Shown: one piece after another, positions 8,200 through 21,596 of the stretch
Layout of the letters: each line of letters starts with the position of its first letter
Position numbering within the stretch: position 1 is the first letter of the stretch
From: an uncultured Rhabdochlamydiaceae bacterium
GTDB lineage: Bacteria; Chlamydiota; Chlamydiia; Chlamydiales; Rhabdochlamydiaceae
Reading direction: 5' to 3'
DNA: 64,000 bases
Assembly: GCA_963712275.1 (NCBI GenBank)
Contig: CAVQHD010000001.1
Span: 1,472,001-1,536,000, forward strand
Translations under genes and position numbers: made by a program
Notes under the pieces: generated by a model
Told to the model about the DNA's origin: nothing
Database searches by the model: none
The model's input: only the letters and a program-made list of their open reading frames with translations

Positions 8200-9774
8200 G
8201 AGGGAATTGCAAAACTAACGAAAGGGAAGACTTTTTCGGGTCCGTTTTAGCAAAACCTACAGCAACTCCGAAAAAGTCTTCCCTTTCGTCATTTCTGTAA
8301 TAGCGTTGCGATTTTCAACCACAAGTCACTTTTAACAAACACCTTGCGTCTGATATAATTAGCTTTCTGACAAACAATCACATCAGAGCAAGGAGCAAAC
8401 CACGTGGGTCAGCTGACAGACACTTTATCAAAATATTGGGAAAAAATTCAAGGCTCTCTTTTCGCTTGGTTAGAAGAAGAGCTCGATCCACTGACAGAAA
8501 AGCAGCAACAATTGGTTTCTATTTTGGAAGTGGTACGCATCGAAGACTTTCTTCCTTGCTATTACGGATGTGAGGGCCGCCCACAAAAAACACGTTCAGC
8601 AATTGCCAGATCATTCGTTGTTAAAATGGTATACAATCTCGATACGACAACATTTTTGATTGATCGCTTGAAAAGCGATAAAAACCTACGACGTATTTGT
8701 GGGTGGGAATCTCTGTCTGAACTGCCTAGTGAGGCTACTTTTTCTAGAGCCTTCACTGAGTTTGCTAAAACAGGGCTTCCTCAGCGCGCACATGAGGCGC
8801 TGATTGTAAAGACATTGAAAAACGAAGTCGTTTTGCATAATTCACGCGATTCAACCGCAATCGAGGCTCGAGAACGGCCGCAAACCAAAACTAAGAACAA
8901 GGCAACGCAAAACAGTGAAGATCCGGATCAGGAATTGGAGCCAAAGAAAAAAGGTCGCCCTAAAAAAGGCCAAAAACGAGCCAAACCCGAACCTACGCGC
9001 ATAGACAGACAAAAAACGATGACGCTAGAAGAAATGCTGGCTGATTTACCGACAGCATGCGACAAAGGTGCTAAAAAAGACAGCAAAGGTAATACAATGT
9101 ACTGGACTGGCTACAAGTTACATTTAGATACCATTGACGGAGGCATCCCTGTCAGCGCTATTGTTACTTCAGCTTCAGTTCATGACAGTCAGGTTGCAAT
9201 TCCTCTGGCCACTTTAACTGCCACGAGAATCATCAACTGCTATGACCTCATGGATGCCGCTTACGACATCCCAGGTATTATCGCACATAGCCAATCTCTC
9301 GGACACAAGCCCCTAATCGATAAGAATCCAAGAGCAGACAAACAGCTCAAAAAAGACCTTGAAGCGGAAAGTCTTGCAAGAAGAACTCTGAATTTAATTT
9401 TCCCAGAAACACTGCGTTATAATGAAAGGACAGCTGCGGAACGAACCAATTCTCGTCTGAAAGACGAATTTGGTGCTTGCAAACTCAGGGTGCGCGGACT
9501 TAGTAAGGTTGCGTGCCATCTTATGTTTGGCGTGTTGGTATTGACAGCCGACCAATTGATGAAATTGGTCACGTAATCTTGCTGTAGGGTGAAAAAGTCT
9601 TCTGGCCAATGATCAAATGGGCTCCCGCTTGTTCTCACAGTGAAGATTTTTTGGATAAAACATCTAAAATTACGAGACTGGAATCGAAAAAGTGATTTTT
9701 CGGGGCCTGCCAACCGGTTTGCATTCACTATCCCCGAAAAATCACTTTTTCGTTTCTAGTTTTGCAATTCCCTC
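8200..9774 (+). mobile_element. IS element (IS4-superfamily, IS5/IS1182-like), copy 1, 1575 bp
   Basis: 18-bp TIR gagggaattgcaaaacta at both ends; 4-bp TSD CGAT. Confidence 0.92.
8404..9576 (+). CDS. DDE transposase
   Basis: SRDSTAIE, GYKLHL, DAAYD, and Y(2)R(3)E(6)K motif YNERTAAERTNSRLK. Confidence 0.92.
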   Translation: MGQLTDTLSKYWEKIQGSLFAWLEEELDPLTEKQQQLVSILEVVRIEDFLPCYYGCEGRPQKTRSAIARSFVVKMVYNLDTTTFLIDRLKSDKNLRRICGWESLSELPSEATFSRAFTEFAKTGLPQRAHEALIVKTLKNEVVLHNSRDSTAIEARERPQTKTKNKATQNSEDPDQELEPKKKGRPKKGQKRAKPEPTRIDRQKTMTLEEMLADLPTACDKGAKKDSKGNTMYWTGYKLHLDTIDGGIPVSAIVTSASVHDSQVAIPLATLTATRIINCYDLMDAAYDIPGIIAHSQSLGHKPLIDKNPRADKQLKKDLEAESLARRTLNLIFPETLRYNERTAAERTNSRLKDEFGACKLRVRGLSKVACHLMFGVLVLTADQLMKLVT

Positions 9775-9881
9775 CGATCATTCCTTCGGAGTCTCCATCT
9801 TTTAGACAATCCCATATAGCTCGACTGATAAGTTCTTCATTAAGAATCTCTTTTGTTGGATTGCTCTCTCTAATACGAGCG

Positions 9882-10004
9882 TTATCTTTTAGTCCTATAA
9901 TGCGCCTGCTTTTCGAATGCACCAGCTGCTTGAAGAAGCTTTTTCGCTTGGCGGATATCTTTATCTTGACTATTTTTGTTCCCTCCTAGCAAGAGTAGTA
10001 TTTT
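9882..10004 (-). pseudogene. C-terminal stub of RelE-like addiction-module killer toxin
   Basis: ILLLLGGNKNSQDKDIRQAKKLL overlapping the antidote 5' end; in-frame TAA immediately upstream, no N-terminus. Confidence 0.65.
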
Positions 10005-10053
10005 TTACGATTAGAATTTTTGAGTTGAACCTAAACGGCTCATTTAGCTAAGC

Positions 10054-11313
10054 TTGCCACTTATGCTAAAAAAATCTTCGATGCTTTGGCAAATTTTGAT
10101 TTCCATTGTGCTTGCCATGATCGTGGGGGCTTTTTCTACCCCAGATTCGACGGTGCTTGGGATTTCATACATTAAGTTATTTGCTTTTCTAGGGCAGCTC
10201 TTTCTCAACGGCTTAACGCTGCTCGTGGTTCCGCTTGTTTCGGTGAGCATTGTCTATGGAATTGGTCAAATGGGGCGGGATGAGTCTTTTGGCCGGCTGG
10301 GCGCTAAAACGTTCTTTTTCTACATTTTAACGACCTTTTTGGCTGTGCTAACAGGGCTTCTATGTGCCAACCTCATCCAGCCAGGAGTTCATTCGACTGC
10401 AGAGGCAAGTAGCTCTATGGATCAGCTTTTGAGTCAAGATCCTCAATCTCATGTTGATGTGATGGGGCAAATTCTATTAAAGCTGATTCCGGTCAATATT
10501 TTTGAAGCGGCCGTCCATGGGAATATGCTGGGGATTATTTTTTTCAGCCTATTATTTGGTTTTGCCTTATCGAAAATTGAAAGTAGCGCTGCTACAACGT
10601 TATCTCATCTTCTGAAAGGACTTTTTCATACGCTCATGAAAATGACTCACTTTTTCATGCGAGTGATGCCGTATGGAGTTTTTTTCTTAGTCGCCAAGGC
10701 AACTGCCATCCAAGGCTCTGAGAACTTTCTGAGGCTTGTATCGTTTTTTGCCACTGTACTCATGGGTCTTTTGGTGTTTATGTTTGTCATACTGCCGATT
10801 TTGCTTAAATTCTTTGGCTTAAGCCCCTTAAGGCACCTTCAGGCGATGGCTCCTGCCCTTGTCACGGCGTTTTCGACGAGCTCTTCGGTTGCAGCTCTCC
10901 CAATCACGATGGATTGTGTCGAGAAGCGGGCTGGGATTTCCAACCGGGTTTGCAGCTTTGTCATTCCCCTTGGAACGTCGGTGAATATGTCGGGCTCTGC
11001 CCTGTATGAGTGTGTTGCAGCCCTCTTTATCGCTCAAGCCTATGGTATTGAACTATCGCTACTGCACCAAATCATGGTGGTCTTTCTCTCTCTTCTAACC
11101 TCGATGGGAATTGCTGGAATCCCTTCGGGGAGCCTTGTGGCGATCATGATTGTCTTAAATGTCATGGGGCTTCCAGCTGAAGGGCTGGCTTTGATTTTGC
11201 CAGTTGACCGGATCCTCGATATGTGTCGAACAACCGTGAATGTCTTTAGCGACACATCATGCGCTGTTTTAGTCGCACATACCGAGGGGGAAAAAGTTTT
11301 GCGGCCTTTATGA
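10054..11313 (+). CDS. dicarboxylate/amino acid:cation symporter (DAACS, GltP/DctA family)
   Basis: AFSTSSS, PLGTSVNMSGSALY, G.AGIP, DRILDMCRT.VNV.SD. Confidence 0.92.
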   Translation: MPLMLKKSSMLWQILISIVLAMIVGAFSTPDSTVLGISYIKLFAFLGQLFLNGLTLLVVPLVSVSIVYGIGQMGRDESFGRLGAKTFFFYILTTFLAVLTGLLCANLIQPGVHSTAEASSSMDQLLSQDPQSHVDVMGQILLKLIPVNIFEAAVHGNMLGIIFFSLLFGFALSKIESSAATTLSHLLKGLFHTLMKMTHFFMRVMPYGVFFLVAKATAIQGSENFLRLVSFFATVLMGLLVFMFVILPILLKFFGLSPLRHLQAMAPALVTAFSTSSSVAALPITMDCVEKRAGISNRVCSFVIPLGTSVNMSGSALYECVAALFIAQAYGIELSLLHQIMVVFLSLLTSMGIAGIPSGSLVAIMIVLNVMGLPAEGLALILPVDRILDMCRTTVNVFSDTSCAVLVAHTEGEKVLRPL

Positions 11314-12369
11314 TACAAACCTGAGCTTATACTCATACCAAAAGTCTGCAAAAACGTCTCGGATGTGCTCTAAGGGTGTATTTACAAGACGCTCGATCCG
11401 CTCAAGGTTAAGTCTGTCGACCGCAAGGACTAACTGACTTTGCATCTGGTGCCCTTTTTTTGCAGAGTGCGAAGGAGTTGATTGGTACTCTTCCCAAGTA
11501 ACCGTTTTATCTTTAAGAGATTGAACAAGCTCTTTGCTTTTTTGCATATCTTTTAAAAGCCATCTGGAAAAAATGCAGTCCCAAATTTCAGGTTTTAAGA
11601 ATCCTTCTTTGATAGGGGCTGTATTACAGCTTTCCCAAAGAACTCTTTCTATTCCTTCTGCGTTAACACCTTTTGGATCTAAGCCTTGTCCTAAATAGGT
11701 CTTTGCTACAGAATCGTAGCATACGACGTTAAAGCCTTGCGCGTCCCCCACCGGATATTTTTGGTTATACCAGTAAACGTTTGAAAAATAACAGAAGTCG
11801 CCGGATTGAATAGTCTCAGAGCTACTTAAGGTAACGGAATCAAATAAACAGCTAATGGGATTTTGAATACCCGCCTTGATTTGAAGAGGATAGGGAGAAT
11901 CGCTCGCAAAGAGATGATTGAACTTTTCTTCTCTAAGCGCGTCTCTTAACATTTTATAACAAGCAATATCACGGGTAGACTCACAACCTAAAATGCTAAC
12001 AGATTGATGGATGCTGTCCAATGCGTTTGAAGGAGTTATTCCACTTTTGACAACAAACTCAGCGATGCACCGTCCTGTGACAAACGCTGGATCATTCGAT
12101 AAAATAGGATCGAAAAATTTAACAGGAGCCCAGCCATGAAAGGAAGCTCCTGAGTCAACAAGCCACTTCAGCCTAGTCGCCTCACTAAATTTTTCTAATG
12201 CATTGTAATAATCATAAGAATACCAAATGCCTTTGTTGAGAAGAGCTCTCTTTTCATCAAGGGAAAGATTTGGTAGAGCGGATTTTTGCTTTCTTTCATA
12301 GGTGTCTGCAACTATTTCTTGAAAATAGTTCAGCATAGGTTCGATAAAATTTTTAGTTGAAACAGCCAT
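11308..12369 (-). CDS. hypothetical protein, distantly Tgl transglutaminase-like
   Basis: F.VK.G.TPS.A...GC....ACYK...EKFN.LF...GD.CYF.N...G.N.V...Y.G.G spacing resembles Bacillus Tgl. Confidence 0.5.
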   Translation of the reverse strand: MAVSTKNFIEPMLNYFQEIVADTYERKQKSALPNLSLDEKRALLNKGIWYSYDYYNALEKFSEATRLKWLVDSGASFHGWAPVKFFDPILSNDPAFVTGRCIAEFVVKSGITPSNALDSIHQSVSILGCESTRDIACYKMLRDALREEKFNHLFASDSPYPLQIKAGIQNPISCLFDSVTLSSSETIQSGDFCYFSNVYWYNQKYPVGDAQGFNVVCYDSVAKTYLGQGLDPKGVNAEGIERVLWESCNTAPIKEGFLKPEIWDCIFSRWLLKDMQKSKELVQSLKDKTVTWEEYQSTPSHSAKKGHQMQSQLVLAVDRLNLERIERLVNTPLEHIRDVFADFWYEYKLRFVS

Positions 12370-12371
12370 AT

Positions 12372-12977
12372 TTACTCCTTTGGTTTTTCCGTTACTTGAA
12401 CAGGGATGACCACGAGATCGTCCGCTGTGATATCTTCTAAGGCAACCGTAAATGTTTTTACAAAGTGAGCATCGGGAATATAAAGAATCCGTTTAACCAA
12501 AGAGTAGGGAAGCACTTGCTCTGCCTCATTTTTAAACCCTTTAGATGTCAGGATCTTGACAATCGCGCGGTGGCTTTTAAACGAGTGGATCGTGTCAAAG
12601 GTACTTGGGATCGCAAAGGGCCAGAAAATGAATCCAAGCACTTTGAATCCAATTCCTCTTGGAATGGCTTTTTTTGTTTTTTTCCAGGCGAGTTCCTCAG
12701 GAGAGCTGCAGGAAAGAGAGGTACTGGCTCTAGAAATCTCATAGAAATGAGACCCGGTGTTTGAAATGGTGATCTCAACAGGCTTATGCCCTTTCAGCTC
12801 ATGTTTTAAAATCGAAAGGCTTTCTTGAGATGTTAAGAGCCTGGCAGAAACTTGGATTGCTTTGTCTTCTAATGAAAAAGAAGAATCAAGGATGGTTTTC
12901 ACAGGTGTGTTTTTCATTAGCGTGAAAGAGAATAAAATTGAAAAGACAGATAAATAAAATAAATCTTTAAACTTCAT
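12372..12977 (-). CDS. hypothetical exported/membrane protein
   Basis: 201 aa; N-terminal signal-like segment and one internal hydrophobic stretch. Confidence 0.6.
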   Translation of the reverse strand: MKFKDLFYLSVFSILFSFTLMKNTPVKTILDSSFSLEDKAIQVSARLLTSQESLSILKHELKGHKPVEITISNTGSHFYEISRASTSLSCSSPEELAWKKTKKAIPRGIGFKVLGFIFWPFAIPSTFDTIHSFKSHRAIVKILTSKGFKNEAEQVLPYSLVKRILYIPDAHFVKTFTVALEDITADDLVVIPVQVTEKPKE

Positions 12978-13005
12978 ATGGAAATTGTAAAGGATTTATG
13001 GGTAA

Positions 13006-13656
13006 CTAACAAGAAAAATGATATGAAGGATGAGCCAGATGAGAACGAATGGTTGCAGCTGTGAGCTCGGGATTCTCAAGATGAGGCGCATGGCCCACTC
13101 CCCTAATTTCGTAAGAAGGAATTTTAAGTCTTTGATACAGATCATGATAAGTTGTATCAAGTTGACCATGAAAAAAACAGGCTTTTGCGGGATTTTGAAA
13201 CTCTTGGGTGGCAAGAGAATGGGTTTCCATTTGATGAATGAGCAGTTGGGAATCTTGCTTTAGGCGCCTTTCCATGAGCTTGGGGAAAATTGGATGTCTT
13301 CGGAGAGATTCAAAAATAGGTTGACGGTACCACTCATCAAGGAACTCTGCCAAAGGAATGTTTTGAAGTTTTGCAATCCAGGCGCGCTCTTGCTCGCAGC
13401 GGCTCTTTTTTTCTGCATCGGTTTGTAATCCGGGATGGGCGGAAATGATGATCTTGGGAAGCGTGGAAGAAAAGGCAATTCTTCCTCCCATGGAGTATCC
13501 AATCAAAATTCCCTCTCTAGGAAGCTGAAAGGGGTAAGAAAGAGCATGGCACGTGTAGTCTGGAAGGTAGGCAATCACCTCCTCCCAATCTTGCGGGGAT
13601 CCTAAAAACCCATGCAAAAAATTAAGAGACTGTGATTTCTTTGGCGAGGTAAACAT
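13006..13656 (-). CDS. menH: MenH-like alpha/beta hydrolase
   Basis: FLHGFLG, GYSMGGR nucleophile elbow, [22 protein letters not shown]. Confidence 0.75.
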   Translation of the reverse strand: MFTSPKKSQSLNFLHGFLGSPQDWEEVIAYLPDYTCHALSYPFQLPREGILIGYSMGGRIAFSSTLPKIIISAHPGLQTDAEKKSRCEQERAWIAKLQNIPLAEFLDEWYRQPIFESLRRHPIFPKLMERRLKQDSQLLIHQMETHSLATQEFQNPAKACFFHGQLDTTYHDLYQRLKIPSYEIRGVGHAPHLENPELTAATIRSHLAHPSYHFSC

Positions 13657-14677
13657 CTTGGATAGCGTGGAGGAGAATAACCCCTTCCTTCATCGGTTTT
13701 TGAAAGGCTTTTCGTCCTGAGATGAGCCCCATCCCCCCTCCCCTTTTGTTAATGACAGCTGTTTCAACGGCGACGGCAAGATCATTCTCTCCGGAGGGGC
13801 CTCCTGAGTTAATCAATCCTATACGCCCCATGTAACCGTTTGCCACTTGGTACCGGACGCGATCGATAGGATGATCAGAGCACAGCTTGGTATACATTTC
13901 TTCTCTTTGCTTCCCAAACTGAAGCGCTTTAAACCCTCCATTACAGACGGGAAGCTTTTGTTTAACGATATCGGCCTCAATAGTAACCCCTAGATGGTTT
14001 GCTTGCCCTGTCAAGTCTGCTGCCTCATGGTAGTCTGATGCGGGGGTTTTAAAAGCGGGATTGCGAAGATAGCACCAAAGAATCGTTGCCATTCCAAGCT
14101 CATGGGCCATTTCAAAAGATTTGCTAATCTCGATGAGCTGCTGGTGGCTTTCAGGAGAGCCAAAATAGATGGTCGCCCCAACTGCCACGCATCCCATATT
14201 CCACGCCTGCCGGACTGAGGCAAAAATGATCTGATCGTATTTGTTGGGATAGCTCAAAAGCTCATTGTGGTTAAACTTAAGAATGAACGGGATCTTGTGG
14301 GCATATTTACGCGCAACACTTCCCAAAACCCCTAAGGTAGAGGCGATACCATTGACTCCCCCTTCCAGCCCTAAGCGGATGATATTTTCAGGATCAAAGT
14401 AGTCAGGATTAACAGCAAAAGAAGCTCCTGCAGAATGCTCAATTCCCTGGTCAACAGGAAGGATGCTAAGGTAGCCGGTTCCTGCCAGCCTCCCGTGTCC
14501 AAAAAGAGTTTGGAGGTTTCTTAGAACAGGGATAGATCTGTCAGAGCAGGCAAAAACCTGGTCAATCCAGTCAGGACCAGGGATATGGAGTTTCTCTTTG
14601 GGAATAGTTTTACAGACATGCTGCAAAAGCATTTCGGAGCGAGAGCCAAGAAGCTTTTGAAGCTGAGCAAATGACAT
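13622..14677 (-). CDS. fbaB: class I fructose-bisphosphate aldolase (DhnA family)
   Basis: [38 protein letters not shown]; likely start MSFAQ at 14677. Confidence 0.93.
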   Translation of the reverse strand: MSFAQLQKLLGSRSEMLLQHVCKTIPKEKLHIPGPDWIDQVFACSDRSIPVLRNLQTLFGHGRLAGTGYLSILPVDQGIEHSAGASFAVNPDYFDPENIIRLGLEGGVNGIASTLGVLGSVARKYAHKIPFILKFNHNELLSYPNKYDQIIFASVRQAWNMGCVAVGATIYFGSPESHQQLIEISKSFEMAHELGMATILWCYLRNPAFKTPASDYHEAADLTGQANHLGVTIEADIVKQKLPVCNGGFKALQFGKQREEMYTKLCSDHPIDRVRYQVANGYMGRIGLINSGGPSGENDLAVAVETAVINKRGGGMGLISGRKAFQKPMKEGVILLHAIQDVYLAKEITVS

Positions 14678-14705
14678 AAGCCTATCTATATTCCTAAGAG
14701 AGTGT

Positions 14706-15890
14706 TTAATGCAATACAACACCTTTTGTTTCAGGGACCCGCCTCCAGGTAAAATAAAAGGCAATCATTCCAAAAATGGCGTAGAGCAAAAAGGTTCCTG
14801 CGTGCGAAAGGGTAGAAGTTAAATCCATAAACGTAAAAACAACAAGAAAATTGAAAATCCAGCTGGAAAACATGGCGAGGGTCACTCCCCTGCTTCGAAT
14901 CACCGTAGGGAAAAGTTCAGCCGCCATCAGCTGGGGAATTGGCCCAAGCCCAAGGGCAAAACAGCCCACATAGAGCATCAAACTACCGACAGCAAGCCAA
15001 GGACCGGACTCAAGGCCTGCTGCCCATGAAGCTGCAAGAGTCAAAAGTGAAATCGTCATCCCTGCAATCCCTACGAGCAGAAGAGGTTTTCTCCCCTTTT
15101 TATCAATTAAGAACATTGCAAGAAGAGTGGATAAAAAATTTACAACTCCAATGAGCACTGCGGAAAAGATCGCCACCGATGGAGATTGAAAGCCGCAAAG
15201 TTGAAAAATGGAAGGAGCAAAATAGAGGACTGCATTAATTCCCGTGATTTGCTGGAAGATATTGATGAAAAGTATCGCAATTAAAGAGGAGCGAAGCGCA
15301 GGCTTTAAAAGCTCTTTCCAAGGCGCCGGTTTTGTGGTTTGAGCTGTTGAATCAGGGAGAAAAATAAACCCAACTCCATGAATCACTGCTGGAAAGATTC
15401 CAAAGCCAAACATCCATCGCCATAAACCTTCACCTGAGAGCAAGTAACTTATGGTATAAGCGCATAAAATACCAAAAGTGACAGCAAGCTGGTAGTAGCT
15501 TACAAAGCGCCCTCGCGAAGCTGCTTGGGAGAGCTCTGCAAGATACATGGGCCCCACAACAGAGATGCACCCCGCTGCAAGACCTTGGATGATACGGCCT
15601 AAAACAAGAAACTCAAGCGAGGAAGCCTTCATCGCGATGATAGCTCCAGCTAAAAATAAAAGAGCAATCCACTGCTGTGCTTTTTTTCGACCGCATACAT
15701 CTGCAATGACCCCTCCTAAGGCAGTCCCCGCCAGAGCCCCAATCAGCACTGAGCTCACGACAAACCCTTGGCTGAAAGGACTTAGCGCAAACTCGGGGAC
15801 TAAAAATAAAAGGGCTCCTGCCATGATAGCAATTGTATAGCCAAATTGAAACCCTCCAAGCACTGCAATTAAAACTTTCCAATAATTCAT
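14706..15890 (-). CDS. sugar porter family MFS transporter
   Basis: D..GRK, Y.AEL...[24 protein letters not shown]. Confidence 0.92.
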   Translation of the reverse strand: MNYWKVLIAVLGGFQFGYTIAIMAGALLFLVPEFALSPFSQGFVVSSVLIGALAGTALGGVIADVCGRKKAQQWIALLFLAGAIIAMKASSLEFLVLGRIIQGLAAGCISVVGPMYLAELSQAASRGRFVSYYQLAVTFGILCAYTISYLLSGEGLWRWMFGFGIFPAVIHGVGFIFLPDSTAQTTKPAPWKELLKPALRSSLIAILFINIFQQITGINAVLYFAPSIFQLCGFQSPSVAIFSAVLIGVVNFLSTLLAMFLIDKKGRKPLLLVGIAGMTISLLTLAASWAAGLESGPWLAVGSLMLYVGCFALGLGPIPQLMAAELFPTVIRSRGVTLAMFSSWIFNFLVVFTFMDLTSTLSHAGTFLLYAIFGMIAFYFTWRRVPETKGVVLH

Positions 15891-15981
15891 ACGAAGTAAT
15901 ATTTTTTTGATAAATTAATAAACATAGCAATAAATGACGTTATTGTTTTAAACTATCCTCCACAACATTGGGAGAACTTAA

Positions 15982-17430
15982 ATGGTAGTACAAAAAACAC
16001 CTTACCTTCAATACCGCACTTTCGATGAAATTTACCTTTTTCAGGCAAAAAATGATATAACAATTACCTTAAAAGTCTACAGTATTTATCGAGAACTGGT
16101 ATCTAAAACTTCTTTACATCTTCTATTACCAAAGGCTAAAGATTATTTTATCACAGGTCAAGTTAAACCTCTTCTGAATCTTTTTAAAGAGCAGCGTATC
16201 ATTTCTTTGCCTTCAAACTCTAATACTTTTATTCCAACCATCTTTCAGAATAAAGATTTCATTCCAACTTTTCATTATTTTGAGAGAGAAGATTCAGACG
16301 CAGCCCGTACACATTTTAGAGAGGCAGTCGAGTATTCTCTGCAGGAAAACAATCCTAAGGCTTTTATGAGCTATGCGCACGCTTTTAGATATACCAATCG
16401 ATGGGAAGACTACGAAAAAATAATCCCATTTCTTACAAAAATAAATGATGAAAAAGCCATGGTTGCCCGCCTTTACCTCGTTAAGTACCAATTGGAAGCG
16501 GGGCAGATAGATCAAGCGAGTAGAACTTTAGAAAAGTGCTTTGCCCTAGGCCGTGACAATCGATTTCTTCATGTCAATGTTCTTAACTGCCCTCGAAAAT
16601 ATAAAGCTGAGGACTATCATAACGCCTTTTTTTTTCTCTGCCAAAGGATTCTAGACAAGCAACCAAATCAGTGGTAGTTCTACTTCGACTGCGCAACCCT
16701 TTTTTCACACCCTTATGATCAATCCTATCTTTTATTAAAGGGAGCTTGCCATGCATTTGAAGAAAAGGAGTACCAGGCTGCAAACGCGCTCTGCACACGA
16801 GCCAAACAAATAGGACTCCATTCTTTTGTGGATGATCTTGTCAGCTTTCATATGGTCACCTCTTTTGATTTAGAAAGTAAGCTTGCTGCACTTGACACAG
16901 CCTATACACAAAAAGGAGATCTTAAATCTTTAGCTAAGCTTCACAAGATGGCTAAATCTCTTTTTCCCCAGGCTTTTCTTTACCAATGCAAATTTGTGGA
17001 TATTCAAATCCAACGTCATAGGTGGCAAAAAATAGCTCAGCCAACCATGGACTGGCTTGATCAGCTCATCAGCAATAACCAGTTGCAATATGCTGAGAAA
17101 GTTATTGCGATCGTCGGTCCTGCTATTGATGGCAACGCTCTCTTGAGTCAACGTTTGCAAGAGGCTTTGAACAAATTTGCCAAGACCCTTGTAGAACAAA
17201 AAAAATTCGAAACAGCTGAAAAAGCTTACCGTTATGCATTCCAAAAATTCCCTACTTTTGAGCAAGCGATCTTGCTAGCTAATACCCTTTATCATCAAGG
17301 CAATAAACTTGCTGAAACTTTTGAGGTTCTAGGCCAAGCGTGCGACATTGCTCGTCAAACAGGAGCGGGTGCAAAGCTCACTCAAACCCTGGAGTGGATT
17401 TCCTGCCTATCAATAAGTAATAAACTCTAG
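15982..17430 (+). pseudogene. TPR-like helical protein split by a single in-frame TAG (16675-16677)
   Basis: ORFs 15982-16677 and 16828-17430 share a frame; the 50 codons between them contain no stop; TPR-like A/Y/L spacing. Confidence 0.7.
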
Positions 17431-17438
17431 AGCTACCT

Positions 17439-20655
<3,217 letters not shown>

Positions 20656-20666
20656 TATACTGATTT

Positions 20667-21596
20667 TTATTTTTCAAAACGATCGAGAAAAATCGTTTGA
20701 CCTTCTTCAAGAAGGAGGGGCTTTTCCACGTTTTGTCGCACTTTTTTATTGATTCGATACGATTGGAGAGAGGGTTGAAGACAAAGAAAAATTTCACGTG
20801 ACACAGCCGGCTTGAGAAAAGCCCGCCGAAGCACTTTCTTAGACCACTCAAACGAGAGGAGGTCTCCTTGAAGGGATCTCAGATGAACCAAGCGGCCAGC
20901 ATGAAATTCAGGAGGAAGGGTTGGAAGCAGAGAAAATGCCCCTTCTCTCTCCTGAAAAAATAAACCCCGAAGCACCCGATACCCCTCCGTTAAAAGAGCC
21001 AGAGGAGATCCTCTAGAGACTCCTGTCTCCACAATCCCCTGAAACTCTTCATCCTCAAGCCTAGGCGCTAAAATCCCATGAAAGCCCGCTTTAAGGAAAC
21101 AGATCAGCTGAGAGGCGATCTTCCGTTTATCAGAAAATTCAAGAAATCGAAAGATAGGAGAGGCCGCCTCGCTCTGAGGAACCAATTGTCCCAATCGAAA
21201 TAAAATGGGGACGATCTCCTCTAAGTTCATTCGGCGCCAGACAAGGTCCCAATCAAGCTTGGTATGTTTTCCAAGGGAGAGCCGTTCGAGGTCTCCCGAT
21301 TTGACAGCCGGTTGTTTATACCGAACCTCTGTCCCTTCAATCCAAACCCTTCGAAACCCCTCTGCCGTCCTGCCAAAAAGAGCAACGCATCCCCTCTCGA
21401 GGTCAAGCTCAACCGTAAATCCTTCAACAGGTCCTTTCCAATCAAGCCTCTCCTCCCAACTCTTCCCTGACAATAGATCAACAAACCGAAGGCGGGTCGG
21501 AAAGGCCTGCACTTGGCATGAGGTGAAAGGAACGATACAAACTGCTCCAGGACGGTGGCAAAACGGCTTTAAACGGGCGGCAATTTGAAGGGTCAT
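20667..21596 (-). CDS. conserved hypothetical protein
   Basis: Likely start MTLQI, ATGA-overlapping the mtaB stop; LLP.LP...G C-terminal segment. Confidence 0.65.
   Translation of the reverse strand: MTLQIAARLKPFCHRPGAVCIVPFTSCQVQAFPTRLRFVDLLSGKSWEERLDWKGPVEGFTVELDLERGCVALFGRTAEGFRRVWIEGTEVRYKQPAVKSGDLERLSLGKHTKLDWDLVWRRMNLEEIVPILFRLGQLVPQSEAASPIFRFLEFSDKRKIASQLICFLKAGFHGILAPRLEDEEFQGIVETGVSRGSPLALLTEGYRVLRGLFFQEREGAFSLLPTLPPEFHAGRLVHLRSLQGDLLSFEWSKKVLRRAFLKPAVSREIFLCLQPSLQSYRINKKVRQNVEKPLLLEEGQTIFLDRFEK

Larger units (their letters stand above)
8053..9922 (-). pseudogene. HTH addiction-module antidote gene interrupted by IS
   Basis: Removing the IS and one CGAT restores ...WDCLKDGDSEGMIEVIRIYLEASNKTHLAEEAEVARSTVYHLEGGNPTVKTLAKLVHAYA* (HTH). 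Confidence 0.8.

Noticed and set aside
16675..16677. Pyrrolysine or amber recoding
   Set aside because: TAG terminates conserved genes here (ligA, alr, glmS) and no pyl genes are seen; a nonsense mutation or error is more likely
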